This document shows, in pieces, positions 38,276 to 51,208 of a DNA stretch of 64,000 nucleotides. This DNA is from Felis catus (Eukaryota). Location of the stretch: positions 190,900,001 through 190,964,000 of the forward strand of contig NC_058368.1 in NCBI RefSeq assembly GCF_018350175.1, given 5' to 3'. Both the position numbers and the translations under genes were made by a program. Below the pieces are notes generated by a model, which was not told the origin of the DNA, did not search any database, and saw only the letters and a list, made by a program, of their open reading frames with translations. Position 1 is the first letter of the stretch. Every line of letters begins with the position of its first letter.

Positions 38276-38354
38276 ATCAGTCACCTTATTTTAACAAGAG
38301 ATAGTTTCATTTTCTTTCCTGCCAATGCATGCACGGAATGACAATGAAAACAAA

Positions 38355-38913
38355 TATGCAGAAAAGACTTAACATAGCAGGCTTGACTGCTATCATTTAG
38401 AAGCCCTGCTGATAAAGTTGGCTCTTGGTTGGTGTCTGGGAACTTATACTTGGGGAGCGTTCCCACCATTCCCAGAACTGGTAAGAATGTGTCACTATTT
38501 CCAAACTGTTTGTACAGGAAATACAGTTTATGCTGTATATCTTTCTTTCTGGAATTTTGATATATCCCCCATACAGGCTACCTACGTGACCACACCCCGC
38601 CCGCCCCCCCCCCCCCATAAAAACCCTGCTCATTAAGTCTCTAATGAGCTTTCCCTGAGTGGGAACATATTAGATAGGTGTGGTCAGAGCTGGTGGTTGG
38701 GAGAAGCAAATGCATTTGGTGGGGCATCCGTGAGAGAACTCTGGGTGTTGGCATCTGGTTTCCTCTGGCCTTTGCCCCATGCACCTTTTCCTTTGCTGAT
38801 TTCATGGGCTTAGTTTGCTTTTGCCAAGGAACACCATAGTGTCACTATATGCTGAGTCCTCCCAGAGAATTAACAAACCTGACTTGTTGGTGGTCTTGGG
38901 AGCTCTCAATACA
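38355..38913 (+). mobile_element. MER68-like ERVL solo LTR
   Basis: tatgcagaaaagacttaacatagcaggc...tctgggaactt...ttcccaccattccc...tggtcttgggagctctcaataca. Confidence 0.85.
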
Positions 38914-39109
38914 TTAAACATCTATCGTAACATCCAGCATATAAAAACATACAACAAATAGATGTGCTTAGCATGGTCATCCTCTTGATACATTGATTTT
39001 TTTAATTTATTTTTTGCTCTGAATGAAACTGAAGGCAATAGAGGTATTGATGTAGCAAGACTGGAAACCTGAAATGCTCTCCTAGTTCAGCTTCTGTCTG
39101 ACAGGAATG

Positions 39110-39815
39110 TGTGAACAGTATATATCCAAATAAATTCTCACATGGCTCTTAAAGGTTTATAAATGAGGATATTCATGATGATGCTATTTGTGGAGAGCTG
39201 GAGGTCATTGGGTTCTTATTACTGGGAGAATGCGAAGGTAAAATGTGTTGATCCCTGACCATCATGTAAGTGTAAAGGAGTTCAGGAATGAGCAGCCACA
39301 GGCTGGGTGAAGAGGAGGAAAAAAAACTGATTAGAGCACAATATCCCTTACATGAATTAAAGATATCTGCATATAAAACAATATTTATTGGGGTGCCTGG
39401 GTGGCTCAGTCAGTTAAATGTCTGACTTTGCTCAGGTCATCATCTCGTGGTTTGTGAGTTCGAGCCCCACCTCGGGCTCTGTGCTGACAGCTCAGAGCCT
39501 GGACCCTGCTTCAGATTCTATGTCTCCCCCTCTCTCTGCCCCTCCTATGCTCATGCTGTCTCTGTCTCTCAATAATAAATCAACTTAAAAAAAAAAAACA
39601 GTATCTATTTTGTAAGAACACTTAAACAAGACATTCAATAACTATATCAGAATGATTGCCAATAGTAGGGAAGAGGGAGAGAAGTGGGGTGTGGTAATGA
39701 AAGGAAGTAAATTCATACAAACTGATAATAAGACAACCTTGCACGGATCCATAATGAAAACGTGCCATTTATAGAAGAGTATGATTAACTCAGCCTCCTG
39801 CACCTGGGATCCAAG
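39110..39815 (+). mobile_element. L1ME-type 3' remnant, interrupted by a SINE
   Basis: aggatattcatgatgatgctatttgtgg...ctgggagaatgcgaaggtaaaatgtg and ccttgcacgga...gagtatgattaactcagcctcctgcacctg. Confidence 0.65.
39390..39594 (+). mobile_element. Can-SINE
   Basis: ggggtgcctgggtggctcagtc...; TSD aaaacaatatttatt (39375-39389) / aaaacagtatctatt (39595-39609). Confidence 0.95.
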
Positions 39816-39864
39816 ATACATCTATTTCTCACATTATATGGACAATGATGACGCTGACAATAAT

Positions 39865-40075
39865 CTTACTAGATAACATTAATTAAGCATGATATACCAG
39901 GTACACACTTTTTAATATTACCTTATTCAATCCTCTCTGCAATTCTACTGGGTATGTATTGTTAACATGCCCACCTTATAGATGAGGAAGCTAAGGCTCA
40001 GAGCAGAAAAGCAACTTTGCAAGGCTACAAGTTCTGAAAGCAGCTCAGAGTCTTTCAGAATCAAAACCTGAACAG
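39865..40075 (-). mobile_element. MIR
   Basis: cccaccttatagatgaggaagctaaggctcagag...caaggctaca. Confidence 0.8.
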
Positions 40076-40195
40076 CTTGGCACACGACCATTAAGTTAAT
40101 TCAAGGATGCTGAGGTTTAGCTTGTACCTACTGATGGTTTTGGTACCGTTCTTGAGATGCTCTCCTCTCTCTTTTTTCCTTTCCCTTTAACATCT

Positions 40196-40197
<2 letters not shown>

Positions 40198-40249
<52 letters not shown>
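40198..40249 (+). repeat. (CA)n microsatellite, about 26 units
   Basis: Read directly. Confidence 0.97.
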
Positions 40250-40250
<1 letters not shown>

Positions 40251-40614
40251 ACAGGCTAAGCCATATTCCAGAAAGAGAAACAAAATCCTCACAATCCAAA
40301 TTGTGACATTCAAGAAAGAAAGGATATAAGATACTAGACATACCTTCACCTCCAAGGTACCTGGGAATCTAGAAGACCTGTACCCTTTGCCTGTTTCAAC
40401 TGTTTCTAAAGACCCTTGTGAAATGGAGGCTTACATACTTTTCTTAAGACCAATCCTGCATCATGAGTTTGGTGTCCATGTAAATCCATCAGTTTGTGAG
40501 TAAACACTGCTGGCCTTTTAGTATTCACAACGTGCGGATTTCTTGGTCTCACCTTGCACACAATTTCCTGTAACCCTAGCAACCTACAGAAGGACGTGTT
40601 AGCCTCACTTGACA

Positions 40615-40822
40615 TCACGGGTTCTCAACCAGAACAAGGGGAGAATTTGCCCCACAGGAAGATGTGGCAGTGTCTCAACCAATTTTGGTTACCGCAATCA
40701 GGTACGAGACTGTGTTACTGGGCAACTCGTGGGGTAGAGGTGAGGGATGCTAACACGCTATACCGCCCAGGACAAGTCCCTAAAACAAAGAATCACCCAG
40801 CCCGAAATATCAATAATGCTGC
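40615..40822. mobile_element. MER20
   Basis: ggttctcaacc...tactgggcaactcgtggggtagaggtgagggatgcta...aacaaagaatcacccagcccgaaatatcaataatgc. Confidence 0.85.
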
Positions 40823-42699
40823 TGACATACTCTGCTTTATTATAAGGAAATTGAAGAAATTATAGCCTATGGTATTCATGAACTTGGAGAATTGGGAACA
40901 CATCAAGTTATCTTGCTTATGAATATCAAGGGTGTAAAGCTGCATATACATTTTCAGTGATTCCCTTTCTATTTCAAGTGTTGACTTCTTTAAAAGGCTG
41001 CTGTGATGCTGCTGTCATCAATTATACGTGAATGGAAGGCCAGAAAAGCAAAAAAGGATCACTTTGACAGCTGCCTTTTGGAAAACAGGCTTCACTCTGA
41101 TGTCTGAGAAACAGGAACCAAAGGAAGAAGAAAAAGATTGACAGAAATGGATGGCTCAAATCCCACATTTGGGGAGCAAACTGTGATATTGTTTTGGACA
41201 CTTTGCTTCTGCCTTCCACAGCCTGATTTTTATTTTTACTTAGGTTCCTACTCACTGCAAACAGTTCTCCCAAGCGAGCAGTTCTAAGTCCTTGAAAAGC
41301 AATTGGAATGGGAAAAAGAGGCCCAGTGATAAGATCAAGATATGAACTATCAACCCTGGCTTCTGGGTGATAAGTTTAACTTTCTGACCTTCATGGGAAA
41401 CCACATTAGTAAAGTGCTGATAAAACACTTCGAGCTGGTGGGCGGAAGGTGTATGTTTCCAAAAGCACTTTGTGGACTCACTGGCTTAGCATCATACCAG
41501 GCTTACTTATCTCTGTAATTTGCAGAGGGCACATGCTGTCATTGCACATTTATCCCAAGTGCTAGTCCTGGGAAAGCCTCACTCACTGGGTTTTAGGGTT
41601 TATCCTTAAACCAGGGCCAGTTGGAATACTTTCCAAAGGCAGTGCTGAGTAAGGGAAGGAATCCCCCAGGATTCTGCAAGTAGCACCTATGATTTCATAA
41701 TGGGCCTTTTCAGGACACTGCTGAGAGCTTCAAGTGCTACCAAAGACTCTCATTTACGTAAAGACCATGTTAGCAATTCAAACTCTATGGCTGTTGAGAT
41801 GTGCCCCGTCTGCCCCTGTTGTCACCCATTCTTCCCCTCTCAAGTTATGTCCTTCATACTACACCTCCGCGTCTCCACTTCAAAGGCAATTGTACAAGTG
41901 GGAAGATGATGTTATTGGACTAAAAGTACATGTGTGGCCGAGTGTCTTATCACAGGGGCAGTCCTATGGATCTGTGCTTATAAAATTCATCAGCTGTTGT
42001 GAAGAAAGCTGTCAGCAGTTTTAGAATAAAGCAAAGATAACTCAATTGTTCGTAGTGCCAAACACCAACACCAACATAACGAACAGGCAGGGAAAACGTG
42101 TTAATTTAACAACAAGTAACAGGGTTGCTTCAACGAGACACAGGTCTCCAAGTGACACAATGCTCAGTAGACAGTTATGGGTTGGCAGGTAAGTCCTCAG
42201 GCATCAGGACTGAAGGAGGGAGGGCGGGGGTGCTTAGCAATATGGTGGAAGGCAGGCTCTGTGGAGAAATGGAGTCAGTTGGGAATTTCTGGTGGGGCTA
42301 CAGCCAAAGAACTTTTCACACACACAAATTTAAATGATTTGTGATGTAAGCCACCTCTATCATCCTAAATCACACATAACAAATGCTTGACCAGTAGTCT
42401 CATGTTGGTGGAATTATGGGCACTGAGAGTTTGAAATGTGTTGGGTGTACAAAACAGGAATGGTAGGAGCTGAAAAATGCGAAGATCCATCACCTGAACT
42501 AATGTAGCAAAAGCAAGAATTCAAACCCAGAAGTGGAAAAAATAAAGACATGTCTCCTTCTCCCAGGAATTGCTGAGGCTACCTGGAGGGGTACTGAATT
42601 ACTTGGTGGGCACATAACAGTAGGATTACATTTATTTAATGTATATCTCAAAGGGCAGTCTGCTCTAGCAGACATGTGGGACCTAAAACCAGTGTGATT

Positions 42700-42848
42700 T
42701 ACACTAGGCCTTTTTAGAATATAAGCTTCATAAGGGCAAAGATATGACCTAATTTTTGTTGTTTTGTATTGTCATCTAAGTGCCCAATGATTTACACAGT
42801 ACCTCACACATAGCTGGGACTCAGTAAATACTTGTGTATGGATGAAAA
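42700..42848 (+). mobile_element. L2 3' end
   Basis: tagaatataagcttcataagggcaaaga...acagtacctcacacatag...ctcagtaaatacttgtgtatggatgaa. Confidence 0.75.
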
Positions 42849-45800
42849 GTTCCTTCATCTAATAGAAGTACCCTGAATTTACAGAGATAGAAGCCAATGC
42901 TAATATGAGATCAGAAATTCATCCAAGGTCATAGAGTTTGTAGATTCAGGGTCAGGATGCAGAGGCAAGGTGCCAAAGGGTTGCTCTTTCCACCACACCA
43001 CAAAAAATTCTAGTTCTGCAACCTAACTATTATGATGCTTTCATTTGCCCATCTAGTAGAAAATGCTTGAAGACGCTATGCCATCTAGGCTGTGTTATTA
43101 TCCCACTATTAATAATAGTTTAGAGGGCATGAGAGAAATTTGGACATTTCCGTTCTATACCCCCTCCATGTACTTTCATTGTGCCTTTCTTTCTGTAAGT
43201 TTTCTGTCAAGTGTCCCATTGGGACCATTTTGCGTTTTTTGTTTTGTTTTGTTTTTAAAGGTTTTGCTGAACTAAGCATTTGATTTAGGGGAAATAGCAG
43301 GTTTCAAAGAAAGATATCAGGAAACTTAAACATAACAGATGCTTGTTTGCAGACACCTGCTTGAGCGGAATTGAGAGCCCCAACCTAGACCCTGAAAGCC
43401 ATAAATGTCAGTTGACTGGAATTGAATCATAACCACTTTGAAGCATGGTTCACCAACAGATAGCCATTTTAGAATCATAACATCCAAAATGGCTCTTCAT
43501 CTTGTCAACACTACTGAAGAATAACATAATTCTTACAGTGGGAAGGAGCTTTCATTTCTAAGAGATAGTAACTGTACCTTGCAGCTCATTGTCTTGGCAA
43601 TTACACAGCATAGAATCTCTTTTAAAAAAACCACCATGGAAATACCATGTTGCTCTCTTATCTCAGCAAAAAACCTGAACACCATTGCCCAGCAGGTTGA
43701 GAAGAGGCAGCGTAAGTTTCTTTGTAAGGTAGGAATTGAAATTAGAATCTGCCCTCAGTTGAGATGGAGTTTTACGTAAATCGTATAGAAATGCTCAGGC
43801 AAAGAAGTTCACAGCCCTGTGAAATTCACATAGATTAGTTATGTGAGTTATTTAGAATATTATAGAACATTCTTCCAATATTCTCTAAAGTCCTAAGGGT
43901 CTGGGCTTAGTAAAAATGCCCCAAGAACATATTTCATTTGGTATTTCTGTCATGCTTCACATATATATTATGTGCTTCCCCTTTGAAATAGCTTCCCTTG
44001 CATTTATAATATACTAAACATTTTCATATGTAAACTCACATGGCAGGAATTTCTTGGACATTTTATATCTGACTCTGTTCAAACCATAACGATAGGTCCA
44101 TCAGTGCTCTGGACTCAAACTGAAGTATGATGTGAATAACACTTAGAAGACTTGAGCGTCGTGAAGAAAAAAAAATGGTGAGGTTGAGGGCCAAGTCTGA
44201 GTAGATATTTTGGCAAGTTACTGTGGGAGGATGCTGAGAAAGCTAAAGCAAGATACGCTAGGACCAGTGTTTGGGAAGGGAGAGACTGAGGTGGGGAAAG
44301 GAGACAAAACCATGTCATCAGAGTCTTACCATCTCAGCAGAACTAAACATTCTGATACCTGCTGGTATGCAGTCACCCCTGGCAAGGATAAAGAAAGAAA
44401 AAAAAGACTACTGTATTAGTATACAAGTTTATTCTCCATGCTTAGTGCACACTTAGAGACATATATACTAACCCTGGTAACTATCAGTTATGGAAATGGG
44501 AAGACCATTCTGCTGTGGAACCATGGAAATGGGCTTAGGTCTTTGTCCAGAAAGATGTTTTTAAAATGTTTCAGTAAAAGATCAAGAACATCGGTCATGA
44601 CAGCCTTCTGTTTTTTCTTGCCCTTTTGTGAAATCAATACATGATACAAATGACAGCTACGAATCCCTATCTCCCCTTGCTTCTTGAGGGCCAGCCTGTT
44701 GCTGACCCATAACCATCCTGTCGTTACTGCTTGCCAACTAGGACAACTTTATCACATTCTTTAAGTGATCCACAACATCAGCCAGACTCCATTCTGAGTG
44801 GCAGTATTCCTGTTTCGTAAAAAGTATAAATCTGATCCTAAAAAAAAAAAGAAAGTGATGGAGGTGCAAGTGTCATGGACTAAATAAAGATGCATATGCT
44901 ATTTCACCAACAGAACATCAGTTCTTAAACTTCAACTCCCTATTGTGGCTACGTTCCCGGCAATGGATGATGGCTATGGGTTGTACAGCAAAAGGTAGGA
45001 TACTAAGAATTCTCTACAGAGACATGATCTGGGACCATAACTTTGCTATCAACAAACTCCCATTCTTTTGGTTAAGATCCCTTGCTGCTTAAGGGACAGG
45101 TAATTGTGATTGTTACTTTTATTTTAGTCAAACCCACAAGTGAAAAAGTGAACCCATGTGATCAAATACCGTTTCATTTTTTTGGTAGCAAGATCATGAA
45201 TGACAAGTGTCTGGATTCTACGGGTGGTTGGAAAAATAGCCTAAAGAATGCACTGAGATATGCCCCTTAATAATAGTAAGCTAACAAAGTAGGTTAATAA
45301 AGTTTATTTTCATTCTGAGGCAGCCAAGTTGCTATGTATCTCTAGAACCACAATGGGAACTGAATGCTGGAATCAACATGTATAACAGGAGAGAATTCAA
45401 CACTAGATTTCATTCTGAATGGGAATATAATGGGAAAATAAATGGTAATGCCAAACATACACTAGTCTCTAGCAGCACACCAGAGGCCCCTAGGGAGAGC
45501 TGAAACATGAACTTGAAATGAACCTACCTCAGCACAAAATGTTTTCAGCTGTAGAGGCTCTTAGGTCGGAAACCGTAGCAGATATTAGTTTTTGTTTTGT
45601 TCTTTGGATATCCTGCATCTAACAACTTTCTATTTTGAGGTATCCCCCATTTATATGCGGAGATGGGGCCTATGTTCCCTGGTGGAAGATATAGGGGCCA
45701 AGATCTTCCCTTTTTGGTCCCATGTGGAGGAGTCATGAGTGCATGATCAAAGATAAGTGGAAACATCCTTCCTAGCACTGTGACATTCTATACAGTCCCT

Positions 45801-46516
45801 TTAAGATGAAGGATAGTTTGAATTCACTCAGATTGATTGTGGTGGAGACTGTGCCCTCCAGCAGCAGGGATGGGTGTCCAGTAAATGATTCTGGGGGTAC
45901 TTCCCACCCAGTGGCTGTTGGGATTCACACCCCTAGTCACCAAAACAAAGCCCTGTCCTCCTCACTGATTCTGTGAGCCTCCAACATCCTTTTGATTAAG
46001 ATCAGAGTCAATTTACATTTTGTGCAACCACAAATATCCTAATCTATGTTGACTTATCCCATAAGATTGGAATTAATTTTCATATAAGCTTTCATTTGAA
46101 ATACAATCCCATGTATCACCATACTAAGCACTCTGATGGTTGTCACAAGGCCTCTAGGATCATATTGATAATGAATTATCAGAATGACCTATGGAAAAGC
46201 TCTTCAACTTTTTGAACCTCAATTTTTCCACCTGAATATCTGGGTGTAAGTTTTGTGTGGATGATTTTTGAGATCTGTGAGTCTGCGATCTTGTTGATCC
46301 TCATTACTGCCTTGTATGTTAACAAATCAATGGACAGATGTCATCCAAACCCAGTCTTGAATGTTTCCATCTACTTCACGCTTCTCACGGTGCAGAAGAG
46401 TGGAAGTACTTCTGATATTGTGGACCAACCATGACAAATGCTGAGGGCAAGAAATCATACTGTTAAATTGACAACTGAGCTCCAGACCAGCAATGGTTCA
46501 ATTTCTGAGTGTACAT

Positions 46517-46913
46517 TGCCATGAATGCAACTGTGACTTCCCCAAACTCATATGCTGAAGGCTTATCTCCCAAATACAAAACTGTATTGGAGACTGGACA
46601 TTTAAGGAGGTGATGACAGTTAAATGAGGTCATAGCTGTGAAGCTCTGACCCTATAGAACTGGTGCCCTTATAAAATTTAAAAAAAAAAAAAAAGAGCAA
46701 GAAAAACCAGAGTTCTCTGTTCCTCCACTGTCATGTGAGGACACAGAAGGAAGGCTGCTGTCTCCAAGTTGGGAAGAGGGGCCTCACCAGAAACCAAACT
46801 CTGCTGGACCTTGACCTTGTACTTCCAAGCCTCCAGAACTGTGAGAAAACAAATTTTTATTAAGTCATTCAGTCAGTGATATTTTGTTACAGCAACCCAA
46901 GCTGACTGAGACA
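46517..46913 (+). mobile_element. MLT1A-like solo LTR
   Basis: ccccaaactcatatgctgaag...catgtgaggacacag...gcctccagaactgtgagaaa...acagcaacccaagctgactgagaca. Confidence 0.9.
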
Positions 46914-49092
46914 ACACCTAAGACATTCTCTGAAAATCACTTGTAAATATTAAGCAAATTTCCCAAAATTCATTTGCTTTCTCCATTTCCCTGTGAGGCA
47001 TTCTTATCATCATCATCCCAAAGCATTTATAGAGAATTTTGCATTTAGAGGTGCTCACAATCATTTATTAATCAGTAGAGAGGTATGCTACTGCCTTATT
47101 GCTTAGGATCTTGTCTCTGAACATGAAACTGGGATGGAAATAAACATGTGATGTTTGGAACAAAGGTAAACACAGAGAAATTGAGGATTTTACTTGGGGG
47201 AATGAGATGAAGTAATTCAATCGAAACATTTGAAGCATCACTGCATTATCACAATGTGCAATGTACAATGTGTAGTGGAAATAGTTTTCTCAGTTTTCCC
47301 CCCTAAAATGAATTTTTAAAAAAAAACATTGTTCTCCTATGCCCTTTCTTCTACTTCCTGCCACTACAAAATGATTTTTTTTAAGCAAAGAAAATCTAAG
47401 AATAAGATACAGAATTGAAACTGCATTTGACTTAGAGCCAAAATTGTGCCTTCTTCAAACTCACTAATGACACAAGGAGGAAAAATAAATAAATCAGGTG
47501 CCATTTCTCACTCATTTCAATGACTAAAAATTTAAAAGGACACAAAGCCCTTGCTGGTAAAGTTTTGATGGTCATTAGTGTACCCTAAGACTGCTGATAG
47601 TGTTGCAAATTCCCCTAAAGGTTTGGAAAGCAACTTGACAATATGGATTCCCAGGATCTGCCTGAGACTGGGAACTTCCTGTAAATGATTTCTTTATAAG
47701 ACAAACAGGACAAAGGAGACCAGAGACATGAAGTAGTTTGCCCGAGATGACACACAGGTTGACTCCTGTACTCCCAAATACGTTAACATAGGACATGTCA
47801 TACTGTGGGGCCTTTGTTAAATGTTTGTGAACGAACAAACAAATTTAGATGTTAAAGTACTTTATCCCCCTCCTAGAAATTTCTCCAGGATAGTTAAAAG
47901 GAGGAAAAACATAAATGCCCAGTGATGTTTAATGGAGAGTTCATTGTAACTGTGGGGAGATAATGGAATGATTGTAATCTCCCTAAAATAGGAAAAGAAT
48001 TCATTTCTTTCTAGTAACTTGATAAATAATGAGATGTATATTTACTAAATATATATTTGCCAACCCATGATTCTGCATTTGAAAATACAAAGCTATTTTA
48101 GTTGAAAGTTTTAAAAAGAATTTTCTCTAATTAGGAGTAAATTAGAAACCATAGCTTTGCTTCATTTAACTGATTTTGAAAATCCACAGAATGCAGACTT
48201 CACAGTTACAGAAACATTACAAGATGGGGGTAGTGTCTACCCTGGCATTCTGGAGTCACACAGAGGGTAGGCCATTCAATGCCTACAAGTTGAGTTTCTG
48301 CTTCCATTTTCATTAAAATAACCTCTAACCTACACTACATGTTAATCGTCCTATCGTATCAACTGGACTTGGACGATGTATCTCAAATGTAAATTGTGTT
48401 CAAAACAGATGGTTAATCTTCCTTCTCTTTCAGTTGTGTTTATTAATGTAATTTGATAAAAGAAAGTAAGGGCACCTTCTAATCTAGTGCAATATGCAAA
48501 AGATGGCCAATGCTCTGATAATGCAAAATTCAGGTTGCTGGGAAATACCAGACCAGGTATATTCCTCAGGTTTTGTTATATTTTAAAATTTGCTTTCCCT
48601 AAGGATTTGCATCAACGTTTATCTTTGTCTAGAATACGAGATCAGAGTATAACTAAAGCCAGAACTTCACTTGCTATCTAAACACTCTTCAAGACTGAAA
48701 ACTTGTTCATGATTGAGGGTAATTATGCTCTGTTCTTGTGTAAATTTAATTAGTTTAATTTTATACTTCTGGTTGCTGTCTCCAATGAATAAAACACCAG
48801 CAACTACTCTAATGCCATAGTAAGAATATAGTTAAAGATTATTTATTTGGGCTGAACCACCCAGAATGAGTGAAAAGTCTGAATTCTTTTTCTTCAAAAT
48901 TGAAGTATCTTCATTGTTTCTGCTGATTATAAGGGCAATCAATTATTGTTTATTTGAAGCTACCAAGTGCTTATATCACACCATTTTCCCATTCCTAAAA
49001 TATAATCAACACTAAACAATCTGGTAGACAGCCTTCCAAATATTTAATTACTGTTTAATAACAAATTATGTCACACTCTCCGGAGTGTATAA

Positions 49093-49312
49093 TAAAGGTC
49101 TATAAACCACAGCCCGCGGGCCCACTGCCTGGTTTCGTATATAAAGTTGTATTGGAATACCGCCACATTCATTTGTTTACGTATTGTCTGTGGCTGCTTT
49201 CACGCCAACGCAGCAGAGAAGAGGAGTTGTGATAGAAGCCATATGGCTTTCAAAGCCTGAAATACTTACTATCCAGTCCTTTACAGAAACTGTATGTGAT
49301 ATGCTGGCCCCT
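49093..49312. mobile_element. MER58A-like MITE
   Basis: ataaagttgtattggaatac...tattgtctgtggctgctttcacgc...aaagcctgaaatacttactatccagtcctttacagaaa. Confidence 0.88.
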
Positions 49313-50279
49313 CTTCTGTAATCTTTATTTCCTGTCAACTTTGCATCAGGAATATCCTTTTATGATGTTATCTGATGTTTTAGCTTATTCTTTTCAAAAG
49401 ACACATATTATTAAATTGTATGGAATTTTAATAGTTTGACTAATGCCCTATTGATAGACATTTAAAATTGTTTTTATAGGTTGAGTTTATAAATTCAAGA
49501 AAGAGAATCAGTGAAGCATTTAAAAGTGGTGGGTGGTAGAAACCTACAAGCACCTCGTTTTAGAAAACTGTAATGAAAAACGTTTGTGGAATCCTCTAAT
49601 AATGGGTTGTCCCTTCAGTTCTTGGGCACAGTTTAATACTAAAATTACTCAAAGTATTTAAAATATTCTTTCAAAAATCATGGGAGCAAAAAAAAGGGGT
49701 TCCAAGATGCCATATTATACTCTTAAGGAGGACATGTGCTGCGAAGCAACGTTTGCTAGCCTTTCTGAAAGTTCACAAATTCTGCATGACCTAAATCCAA
49801 AGGAAGCGGTCTTCTCTCTCATCCAGGCCCATTTTAAGGAAGCAGCCCATATTCCTCCATCCTTGAACTCTGTGCTCTGTATTCACCATTTCTGAGTCCC
49901 AAGCTCTGTGCTAAGGTACTTGCTTCTATTACAAAAGGCTTCCTTTACTCAAGTTTTCTAGCTTCAGTTCCAGGAGACTAACATATGAGAAATCCATTGT
50001 GAATGTCCTGGCCAGCAAAGACAACATCTGTTGTCCACACTGAGAAGGCTCAAGAATGAGGTAAATGGGATAGGACTGTGCAGCTACTGCAAGAAATCCG
50101 AGATTTTAACTGTGAGGAAAAAACCCTCCACCTCCATCCTGTTGCAGGATGTTTTGTCTGCCTTGCTGGGTTTAAAGGATGAAATCCCTTTTTAGTCTAA
50201 AGTAATGTGTTAGATTTGGTCTTCTCTCTGCCCTGGGCTTCTATGTAACAACAAAGTTGAGGTGTCACAGATGTGTCAG

Positions 50280-50625
50280 GCTACCTCCTTATTTCTTGCA
50301 TCTTAGATTAAATGTCACCCCTTCTGAGAAGTCTTCCTTGATCGTCCAATTCAGAGAGAGGTCTCCCTTGATCCTTCATTCTCCATCTCAGTGGTTGCTG
50401 GTTTTAGTTACAACACTTATCCATTTCCATGTGCAATTAGTTACCTCCTCATTCACATGTGTATTTACCTACCCACCAGGCTATGAACTCCATGAGAGCA
50501 AGAAGCAAGCCCTTCCAGGTCCCCCTAGCACCACCTGCCTCCCAGCCCTCACCCCACCATGGTCTGCCCCACCTGACACACAGTAGATGATTAATACAGA
50601 TGTACTACAGGAAGGAACGAGTAAG
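50280..50625 (+). mobile_element. L2 3' region
   Basis: aaatgtcaccccttctgagaagtcttccttga...ctatgaactccatgagagcaag...cctgacacacagtagatg. Confidence 0.8.
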
Positions 50626-50659
50626 TCACAGAATATGAAGTTTCTCTATATGGCCATTA

Positions 50660-50875
50660 TGTTCATGGACTCTGGAGACAGACTGCCCACATATGAACAC
50701 TAATACCTCTGATTATAACCGGAGACTTCAGTCAATTGTAACTTCATATCTCTGTGCCTCCCTGTGCTTATTCATAAAAGGAAAAACAAACAACCTAGTT
50801 CATAGGATTTTTGAGGCTCAAATTAATTAAGCTACAAAGCACAAAACACCTATGTCTGTTGCTGTTTTTATTACT
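50660..50875 (+). mobile_element. MIR
   Basis: atggactctggagacagactgcc...tctctgtgcctc...tcataggatttttgagg. Confidence 0.7.
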
Positions 50876-50989
50876 ATGCTCTTCTTCAGTTTATAAAAAC
50901 GGGTAGGAAAAAATAGCTGTTATGTTGTATATACTCCTAGAGTACTAAAGTTCTTAGAAGTCCTTTTATATATGTACACTAATTTTATA

Positions 50990-51208
50990 ATATTTAAAAA
51001 ATATTAATATTTATTTTGAGAGAGAGAGAGAGGGAGAAAGAGCAAGTCGGGGAGGGGCAGAAAGAGAGGGAGACACAGAATCCAAAGCAGGCTCCAGGCT
51101 CCGAGCTCTCAGCACAGAGCCCGATGCGGGGCTCGAACTCACAAACCGCGAGATCATGACCTGAGGTGAAGTCAGAGGCTTAACCGACTGAGCTACCCAG
51201 GCGTCCCG
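50990..51208 (-). mobile_element. Can-SINE (feliform type)
   Basis: Full-length; perfect 18-bp TSD ATGTACACTAATTTTATA at 50972-50989 and 51209-51226. Confidence 0.96.

Noticed and set aside
38595..38616. C-run (G4 on the minus strand) in MER68
   Set aside because: Simple homopolymer expansion like those near 10182 and 37533; length is error-prone and no function is implied
42186..42194. Perfect donor CAG|GTAAGT
   Set aside because: No convincing upstream acceptor or promoter
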